From Myxococcota bacterium (GTDB taxonomy: Bacteria > Myxococcota_A > UBA9160 > UBA4427), in contig JAYZFK010000082.1 in assembly GCA_036336835.1 (NCBI GenBank), positions 6,951 to 70,950 on the forward strand: a DNA stretch of 64,000 bases, read 5' to 3'. Positions 51,306 through 58,278 of this stretch are shown piece by piece. The notes under the pieces are model-generated. The model worked only from the letters and a program-made list of their open reading frames with translations. It was not told the origin of the DNA and did no database searches. The translations under genes were made by a program, and so were the position numbers. The first letter of the stretch is position 1, and each line of letters opens with the position of its first letter.

Positions 51306-53000
51306 CTACTCTCTTGACCGCCTGCCTTCGTCTGCCCGCCGCGGCTCCAGCAACTCTCGGTACGCCCGCCAGTCGACACGTGCTGTCGCGATCCCGGGCT
51401 CGAGCTGCCAGTCCCTCACGACCCTGGGCCCTGCAGTGCGTTCGAGGGCCGCATAGCCGCTCACATTCCAGCCGCCGACGAGCAACCCGCCATTGCGTCT
51501 GTCCTGGATGCGAAGGTGGGGCAGTGCCCGCTGGGCGCGCTCCAGGAATTCTGCCAGGTGGCCTCGGGCGAACGGGCGTCGAGCGCCAACGCGAAGGGTC
51601 CATGCGCGGCTCACGACCACGTCTGCACGGCCCCAGCGAAAGCCCGCGAGCACCGCGCCCTGCCCGTGGCGATCGGGCGAGCTGAGGTCGTGGAAGAGCG
51701 GTGCGAGGAAACGGAACGTCTGCCGGTCGATCACGATCAGCATCGGTTCGCGGGTCCACGGCTCGATCTCGGCGATCCGGGCGCGGACGCCGGCTGCGCT
51801 GGTGACGTGCTCGGTCAGACTGCGGGTTTCCAGTGCGTCGGCGGCCGTCCACGCACGCGGCCCAGCGGGCCAGGCGACGGCAACGCCCACGAGCGCGGCG
51901 GCGACAACGCCGTAGTGCCAGCCTCGATCCCAGATCAGCCCGAGCGGCGCTGCCAGCACGGGCACTGTGAAGGTCGCCAGATAGGCGCTGTGGCGGGTGC
52001 TGCCAAGCGGGAGGATCTGAAGCAGGGCAGCGGCGGCTGCAGTGGCAACGACTCCCGACGCGAGCAGGGCGAACCGGAATCGCCGTTGGGCGAGCAGCAT
52101 GCCGAGACCGAGCAAGAAGAGCATGACGGCCGGAGCCTCGAACGGCTGGCCGAACAGGTAGCGCTGCACCCCGATGAAGCCGAGCCAGGCCTCGAAGGCG
52201 CTCTCGTGCATGAAGGGTCGGAGCCAGCCGCGTTGGGCTTCGCCCTGGAGGAAGCCACCGAGCAGGTGAGGCCGCAGATGCAGCTGATACGCGAGAACGA
52301 CGATACCTAGCAGGACGCCCTGCGCCGCGCACCGCTGCAGCAGCTCGCGACGCGGCCGACGCGTGGCGAGCGCCTCGCCAACCAGCAGGCTGGCGAATGC
52401 CGGGAGCGAAACGAATGCGGCGTAGTGCGTGGACATGGCGAGCGCAAGCAGCGCAGTGTGCGCCACCAGATCGCGGAGCCGGCCCGTTCGCAAGTGTCGC
52501 AATCCAAGCCACGCCGCACTCGTGAGCAGTACGGTCAGCAGCGCGTACGGCCGCATCACCTGTGACAACATGATTGCGCCGGGGGAAACTGCGAGCAGGG
52601 CGCCTGCGACCAGCCCGGTTCTCCAGCCGGCGGCCTCGTGTCCGAGTCGAATCATCGCGTAGACCGCGAGCGTTCCGGCGACGAGGCTTGATGCGCGCAG
52701 TACCGCGAAATCGCTGCTCAGTGCAGCGAGTGCCCGAAGCAGCAGGTACTGCAGAGGGGGATGGGCGTTGCTCACGACTCCGTCGAAGAAGTGAGTCCAC
52801 GATCGGCCCATTGCGAGCTGGTAGTAGATTCCCTCGTCGGGGTTGAGCCAGGGATCCAGGAAACCGCGCGCGCGCAACAGGAAGCCTACCGCGACGACAC
52901 CGACAGCGATCGCGCCGGCATAGCGCGGCAGGACGCCTATCGTTTTCTCGTGGGGGCGCGTCACCAGCGGGTCCGCGTCAGCCGGCTGCCCGGGACACAC
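51306..53000 (-). CDS. GT-C fold membrane glycosyltransferase (ArnT/PMT-like)
   Basis: About 10-12 TM helices. The first loop has PDEGIYY and HPPLQYLL, as in GT39/GT83-type enzymes. Soluble C-terminal domain. Confidence 0.7.
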   Translation of the reverse strand: MCPGQPADADPLVTRPHEKTIGVLPRYAGAIAVGVVAVGFLLRARGFLDPWLNPDEGIYYQLAMGRSWTHFFDGVVSNAHPPLQYLLLRALAALSSDFAVLRASSLVAGTLAVYAMIRLGHEAAGWRTGLVAGALLAVSPGAIMLSQVMRPYALLTVLLTSAAWLGLRHLRTGRLRDLVAHTALLALAMSTHYAAFVSLPAFASLLVGEALATRRPRRELLQRCAAQGVLLGIVVLAYQLHLRPHLLGGFLQGEAQRGWLRPFMHESAFEAWLGFIGVQRYLFGQPFEAPAVMLFLLGLGMLLAQRRFRFALLASGVVATAAAAALLQILPLGSTRHSAYLATFTVPVLAAPLGLIWDRGWHYGVVAAALVGVAVAWPAGPRAWTAADALETRSLTEHVTSAAGVRARIAEIEPWTREPMLIVIDRQTFRFLAPLFHDLSSPDRHGQGAVLAGFRWGRADVVVSRAWTLRVGARRPFARGHLAEFLERAQRALPHLRIQDRRNGGLLVGGWNVSGYAALERTAGPRVVRDWQLEPGIATARVDWRAYRELLEPRRADEGRRSRE

Positions 53001-53351
53001 TGCCCCGATCGTCGTCGCTCGAGTGTGCGACCGTCAGCACCTGAGCACGAAGATCTTCAGGTTCGTCCACAGATCTCGACCGATCGACAAGCATGAGACG
53101 TCAGCCGCAAGTGGGCTTCGCGACCAATGGTTTTCTGGCGAGTTCGCACGGCAGTCTACCGGACCTCTCGGGAACCCCCGACGCACACGAAAGCAGAGCG
53201 GACCGGAGAGTCTACGAGGTGTCGGGTCGATCGGACCAGCGCACCCGCCGGAAGGGGTCACGGTCTTCTCTTCGACTTGTCGGTGCCCGGAATTCGTGGG
53301 ATCGTGTCCTGGAAGACGCACTCGCGCCGCGGCGAGGAAGGGGATCGACCC

Positions 53352-53513
53352 ATGCTGACAACGAGCTCGGTCCACGGGCTCGATGCTGTGGTCATATGCG
53401 CAGCTTCTTCGGGCCTCTTCTTCCTGTCGTACCGCTTGCACGCTCTCGCAGCGCGCGTCCACCGGGCCGGATCCGCCAGACGCGGGCGGCGAGGCTTCGA
53501 GCCGAGCGCTTGA
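53352..53513 (+). CDS. Possible small membrane protein (53 aa)
   Basis: ATG preceded by GAAGGGGA. One hydrophobic helix (LDAVVICAASSGLFFLSY) then a basic tail. No other support. Confidence 0.2.
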   Translation: MLTTSSVHGLDAVVICAASSGLFFLSYRLHALAARVHRAGSARRGRRGFEPSA

Positions 53514-53531
53514 CATTGGACATCCCTTGCA

Positions 53532-54302
53532 ATGGGCGGGGCTGACCTGCGCTTCAGCGGCCGCTCGGCGCTCGTCACCGGCGGGGCGGGCGCAGGGCTC
53601 GGCTTCTCGATCGCCCGGCGCCTGGCGTCCGAGGGCGCACGGGTCGCGATCGTCGATCGCCACGAGCGGCGAACAACCGAGGCAGTCGACCGCCTGGGCT
53701 CGGAATTCGGCGGTGCGGCAGCAGCGGGGTTCGTACTCGATGTGGCCGATCGCGAGGTGGTCGCCCAGCGGTGGCCGGAGATTGCGCGCTTCCTCGGTAC
53801 GATCGACGTGTTGGTCAACAACGCCGCGACCAATGCTCTCGGGCCCCCGTCCGAGCTGACCGACTCGGACTGGGACCGGGTCCTTGCGCTGAACCTGACA
53901 GCCTGCTTCACACTGATTCGGGCGGCGCTTCCCGGAATGCAGGAGCGCGGCCGGGGCGCGATCGTCAACGTCAGCTCGATCGCCGCGTTCGGCCACGGGG
54001 CCGGCAACAACGCTCCCTACGCCGCAAGCAAGGCTGGGCTCAATGCGCTGACACGCAGCGTGGCCGTTGCTGCAGGGCCCTACGGGGTGCGCTGCAACGC
54101 GGTCGCACCGGGCCTGATGGAGGGACCGTTCCTCGCTGGCCGTCGCGACCAGTTCCAGGACCAGCTCGAGCGCACCCCGCTGCGGCGCTTCGCCGAGCCC
54201 GGAGACGTGGCAGCCGTGATCGCGTTCCTCGCCTCGGACGACGCCCGCCACGTTACCGGCGAGGTCGTGAACGTGAGCGGGGGGGTCTCCCTGCGGCCTT
54301 GA
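53532..54302 (+). CDS. SDR-family oxidoreductase (FabG-like)
   Basis: TGGAGAGLG, NNAA, and YAASKAGL motifs. Confidence 0.9.
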   Translation: MGGADLRFSGRSALVTGGAGAGLGFSIARRLASEGARVAIVDRHERRTTEAVDRLGSEFGGAAAAGFVLDVADREVVAQRWPEIARFLGTIDVLVNNAATNALGPPSELTDSDWDRVLALNLTACFTLIRAALPGMQERGRGAIVNVSSIAAFGHGAGNNAPYAASKAGLNALTRSVAVAAGPYGVRCNAVAPGLMEGPFLAGRRDQFQDQLERTPLRRFAEPGDVAAVIAFLASDDARHVTGEVVNVSGGVSLRP

Positions 54303-54345
54303 GCGCTCCCGGCGCGAGCCGCTCCGCCCAACCGATCACCTACCT

Positions 54346-54386
54346 GCCGAGCCGGGCCGCGCTGAGCGGCTCGGCTGGTGTGTCGG
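54346..54386 (+). terminator. Possible intrinsic terminator after the SDR gene
   Basis: 9-bp stem GCCGAGCCG / CGGCTCGGC with a 12-nt loop, followed by TGGTGTGTCGG. The U-tract is weak. Confidence 0.35.
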
Positions 54387-54548
54387 AACTCGCTTTGCGG
54401 GTCCTCGGGCTCCAGCGACCCCGCCGACTGGCCGATAGGTCCAATCGGGCGGAGCGCCGGGCCTCGTCCCGGCGAAACCGGGCCGCACGGCTGCAATGCC
54501 ATTGACCCTGATCCGTTGGGCCTGGACGGCCCATCACTCGAGGAAACC

Positions 54549-54986
54549 ATGAACATCAATCCCAAGTCATCGAAGCTAGTTCTCGTCTGCGCGCTCGGCA
54601 TGCTGGCGGCCTTCTTCGTGCCGTGGCTCGATTACTCCGACGCCGGAATGTCCGGCTACAACCTTGGCCTGCTCGGCCCCTTTGGATACTACGTCTGGAT
54701 CGTTCCGGCTCTCGCCGCGGCGACCGTCCTGCTCAGCGTCCTCGGCGTCAGCAATCGAGGAATCGGCGCCGTCTGCGGAATCGTCCCGCTCGGGTCGATC
54801 GTTTACTTCATGTTCAGGCTGGTCAATGAGGGACAAGACCGCACGACTGAGGGGCTTCTGGGGCTCGCCGGTCGCGTGCTCGAGCTTGGAGCATGGCTCA
54901 CGATCATCTTCAGCGTCGTGATCATCATCGCGGCCGTCGTTCGCCGGGCAGGATCCACGCCCCAGACTACACAGTCCGGGGCTTGA
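54549..54986 (+). CDS. Small polytopic membrane protein of unknown function
   Basis: ATG after GAGGAAA. MNINPKSSKLVLVCALGMLAAFFVPW, with four hydrophobic helices. Confidence 0.7.
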   Translation: MNINPKSSKLVLVCALGMLAAFFVPWLDYSDAGMSGYNLGLLGPFGYYVWIVPALAAATVLLSVLGVSNRGIGAVCGIVPLGSIVYFMFRLVNEGQDRTTEGLLGLAGRVLELGAWLTIIFSVVIIIAAVVRRAGSTPQTTQSGA

Positions 54987-55152
54987 AGCGAGTCGGATCG
55001 GACGATGCACGCTGCGTCGATCCTGGGTCCGCTCGGACGGCCCGGACTCCGATTTCGAGGCCTGGCCCCGCGGCAGGCTCGCCCCGGCTCAGCTCGCTAA
55101 CGCCAGATGGACGAGCAGGCGTCGACCTAGGCCGCCTGCGGGATCGTCGTCC

Positions 55153-55182
55153 TTGACGGTGTAGCGAGCAGGCTACTATACA
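55153..55182 (+). promoter_or_regulatory. Sigma-70-like promoter upstream of the 55277 operon
   Basis: TTGACG (55153-55158), an 18-nt spacer, then TATACA (55177-55182). It lies about 95 nt upstream of the ATG. Confidence 0.45.
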
Positions 55183-55276
55183 GTCTGGACGGGGTAGGCC
55201 ACGCGAATGCTCTGACTGGCGTCGGTCCCAGACTGGCTGCAGCCGCTCGTGGATTCGCTCAGGCTGGAGATCGGAG

Positions 55277-55918
55277 ATGAATCGATCGCTCCGGCTAGCA
55301 TATGTCCTGCTCGCGATCGCCTCGTTCACGATGCTTGCGGAGCGCTCGCAGGCATATGATGTCGAGGCCGATAGCACCACCAACACGGTCTTCGTCCTGT
55401 TGTGGAACGGCAATCCGGCGGCATCGTTCGAGTCCATCACGATCAGCGAGGCTCTGCCGGCCATCGTCACGCAGGCCACGGCGAGCATCATCCCGGCCTC
55501 GGTTCCCGCCAACGGGAGTGACCTCGCGGCCATCGACTTCGACGTCCCGGCGGGAGCAGCACTCGGCTCCAGTGGAGACCTCGTCATCACGGTGTCCGGG
55601 AGCGCGTCCGGCCAGCCGATCGACGTCGTCCTGACGGTGCCGCTGCAGGTCGTCGCGACGGCCCCGGCGGCACAGGGTGTCGTCGGTGTGGGGATCCCGG
55701 CACCCGACCCCGGCGGTGTCGACAGCGACGCCGACGGCGTCAGCGACGCGCTCGAGATCGCGTTTGGAAGCGATCCCTTCGATCCGGCTTCGATGCCCGG
55801 CAAGACGGTGTCGGTCCCGTCGCTGGAAGCCATCGGGCTCACATGCCTCGCCGCGCTGCTCATGCTGGGCAGTGTCTGGCTGATGCGGCGACGCCCGCCG
55901 CAGCCGAGCGTCCCATGA
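55277..55918 (+). CDS. Exported protein with a TSP3-like Ca motif and an IPTL/PEP-CTERM-like C-terminal sorting tail
   Basis: Signal peptide is MNRSLRLAYVLLAIASFTMLAERSQA. Has DSDADGVSDALE. The C-terminus is VPSLEAIGLTCLAALLMLGSVWLMRRRPP: a motif, a TM helix, then an Arg cluster. Confidence 0.75.
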   Translation: MNRSLRLAYVLLAIASFTMLAERSQAYDVEADSTTNTVFVLLWNGNPAASFESITISEALPAIVTQATASIIPASVPANGSDLAAIDFDVPAGAALGSSGDLVITVSGSASGQPIDVVLTVPLQVVATAPAAQGVVGVGIPAPDPGGVDSDADGVSDALEIAFGSDPFDPASMPGKTVSVPSLEAIGLTCLAALLMLGSVWLMRRRPPQPSVP

Positions 55919-58278
55919 GCGCCGTGCGAAGGCACTGGCCGTTGTGGACCGTCGTTGCGCTGCTGGCGGCGACGAACGCACACGCCGGAGATCCCACGCG
56001 CATTCAGCTCGTGGCCGACATCCCGGCTCTGGCGCTCAGCATCGTCGATGCGTCGGGCGCGATCTCCGGAGAGGTCGACGGGATCGCGACCGATGCGCTG
56101 GCGGGCCCGAATCCGGGCGAGGTCATCGGGGCGGCGCAGCTGGGACTGTCGATTCCCACGACTTCAGGGGTAGTGACCTGGGGCCACCGCGACGGCACCG
56201 AAACCTTCGTCGCCGGCCTGCCCGCGATGGACGTCGATGGCAGCTATGCGGATCCCTTCCCGGGAGCGATCCTCGAGAAGCTCTACAACCCGCCGATCGA
56301 GTTCGACGCCACCGGTTCGAACAACGCGGCACAACGCAGCGTCTCGTTGGCGGTGCGCATCGAGCAGCCCTCGGGAGGCACGATCGTCGTCTGGAAGGAC
56401 ATCGTCCTGGTCAAACCCCCGGTGGTGCTCGTGCACGGCATCAGCCAGAACCCGTCGGCATGGGCCGGGTTCGAGAACGAATTCAGGAACAACCGCGGCT
56501 TCAAGACCTTCGCCGTCGACCACTCCGGGGGCTCGTATACCAGCGGCGCGCCAACCTGGGGGGGCAACGGGGACATCCACGACTCGTATCAATTCGTGCG
56601 CGGGAACATGCCCGGCTCGGTCGGAGTGGCCGAGGCGCTCGCCCGCTTCCGCACCGGAGACGCGACCGCGCATGCGGGCCTGAAGATCGTGGTGCAGAAG
56701 GCGGACGTCGTCGGGAGCAGCTACGGAGGCCTGCTCTCGCGCTGGTACGTCGAGCAGGCCGTGGACTATGGCGACGACGTCCGCAAGCTGATCACCATGG
56801 GAACACCGCACCGCGGCGTGCCCGCGACCAACATGAACGCGCAGGCAGCGAACGACGATGTCATCGCCAACGCCTCCTCCCAGCTCTTCTCGCCGTTCGA
56901 CACCATGGCGGGCACCTTGCAGCTGATCGATGACCTGGGGTTCCTCCGCTGGAAGCAGGACCCGATGGACCCCATGAACGACGACGTCGTCCCCTCGCTC
57001 CAGGTGATGACCTTCGGCTCGGAGGTCCTGGCCCAGCTCAACGACTCCGCGCCCTTCCGCGACGACGTGGCCTACGGCTCGATCGTGGGCATCGAGGACC
57101 AGCTCGACTTCGTGGTCTTCGTGATCAACATCCACTACGACCTCGATCCCGTCGTCAGCCTGCTCTCGGAGCAGAAATCCTATTTCCCGATGATGCCGAT
57201 CCTGGATGCTGGCCCGAACGACAGCGATGCGGTGGTCCCCATCTGGAGCGCGAAGCTTCCAGCTCGTTCCACGGAAGTGCTCTTCGACCATCTGAGCTTC
57301 CACGACAGCGCCACGGTCCAGAATACGGTTTCGATCTGGCTTCAGGACTCCACACTTCCTCTGGGGGCGGCACACCGGACGGCGTTCCAGGCCGAGGTGA
57401 TCGATCAGTACACCTCGCGCGAAAACGCCTACGTCGGCAGCACGCTCGTGGGCACGGAGAGTGTCGGCGGCGGCCTGGTCGAGGACGCCATCGTGCAGGT
57501 GAAGTTCTCGGGCCCGGCGCTCACCGAGGTCGGGGGCCTGTCCGCACTCGGTTCCGGCGGCGGCATCGTGACGGCCACGATGACGGGCATGGTGCGCGTG
57601 GACGTCGCGGGAGTCCCGCAGCCGGAGACAGTCACACTCGTCAACGATGGGACGTTTGTGGATACGCCCCTGCATGCCGTCACCCAGATCCTGGACCCGG
57701 GCACGACGCCAGCGGGAGAGTTCTTCACTTTCTCCATCGACGCGAGCTTCTCGCGCGGCCAGGCGAGCATCGTGGGGCCAGACGGGAGCGTTGCGGGCAC
57801 CGGGATTTGGAGCGTCGGCTATGAGATTTCGGCGGCGCCCGACTACACGCAAGCGCCCTGGACCGACATCGATTTCCTGTCGTTCGTGCTGCCCACGATA
57901 TTCGTTCCGGGCGAGTCCCCCCCGTTCTCGGTCGGCCTCGCACCCGGTAGTGCCTTCACCCTCGAGGGCACTGTAAACGCGACCGCGGCCGGCGCCGCAA
58001 CGCAGTCGGTCACCAGCGAGATCTGGGAGGCGAACTTCTTCTTCGACACGCTCATGGAAAGCCGCAGCTTCAACGTCTCGATGCCGGCGGAGACGATTTC
58101 CGGCGCGCTCATGCCGTATTCGGAGCCGGGGTTCTTCCTGTTCAAGAACGGCAGCGGTCAAATCGAAGGCAGCGCTGGCTCGAGCGGCGAGACGACCGGC
58201 GACTTCTACCAGTTCCTGATCCAGCCCGGTGCCTCCAATCCGAGCTCGGACAGCGTCACCGTCACGGTTGCGCCATGA
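55915..58278 (+). CDS. Exported alpha/beta-hydrolase (lipase/PGAP1-like core) with a large uncharacterised C-terminal region
   Basis: ATGA overlap with the upstream gene. Signal peptide is MSAVRRHWPLWTVVALLAATNAHA. Has VVLVHG (oxyanion), VVGSSYGG (GxSxG, Ser codon at 56719-56721), ITMGTPHRG, SDAVVP and FDHLSFH. Confidence 0.8.
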   Translation: MSAVRRHWPLWTVVALLAATNAHAGDPTRIQLVADIPALALSIVDASGAISGEVDGIATDALAGPNPGEVIGAAQLGLSIPTTSGVVTWGHRDGTETFVAGLPAMDVDGSYADPFPGAILEKLYNPPIEFDATGSNNAAQRSVSLAVRIEQPSGGTIVVWKDIVLVKPPVVLVHGISQNPSAWAGFENEFRNNRGFKTFAVDHSGGSYTSGAPTWGGNGDIHDSYQFVRGNMPGSVGVAEALARFRTGDATAHAGLKIVVQKADVVGSSYGGLLSRWYVEQAVDYGDDVRKLITMGTPHRGVPATNMNAQAANDDVIANASSQLFSPFDTMAGTLQLIDDLGFLRWKQDPMDPMNDDVVPSLQVMTFGSEVLAQLNDSAPFRDDVAYGSIVGIEDQLDFVVFVINIHYDLDPVVSLLSEQKSYFPMMPILDAGPNDSDAVVPIWSAKLPARSTEVLFDHLSFHDSATVQNTVSIWLQDSTLPLGAAHRTAFQAEVIDQYTSRENAYVGSTLVGTESVGGGLVEDAIVQVKFSGPALTEVGGLSALGSGGGIVTATMTGMVRVDVAGVPQPETVTLVNDGTFVDTPLHAVTQILDPGTTPAGEFFTFSIDASFSRGQASIVGPDGSVAGTGIWSVGYEISAAPDYTQAPWTDIDFLSFVLPTIFVPGESPPFSVGLAPGSAFTLEGTVNATAAGAATQSVTSEIWEANFFFDTLMESRSFNVSMPAETISGALMPYSEPGFFLFKNGSGQIEGSAGSSGETTGDFYQFLIQPGASNPSSDSVTVTVAP

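Noticed and set aside
50689-52800. 703-aa minus-strand ORF overlapping both the beta-lactamase-family gene and the GT-C gene in another frame.
   Set aside because: It is an Arg-rich junk translation. The alternative frames give an S-x-x-K hydrolase and a clean polytopic membrane protein.
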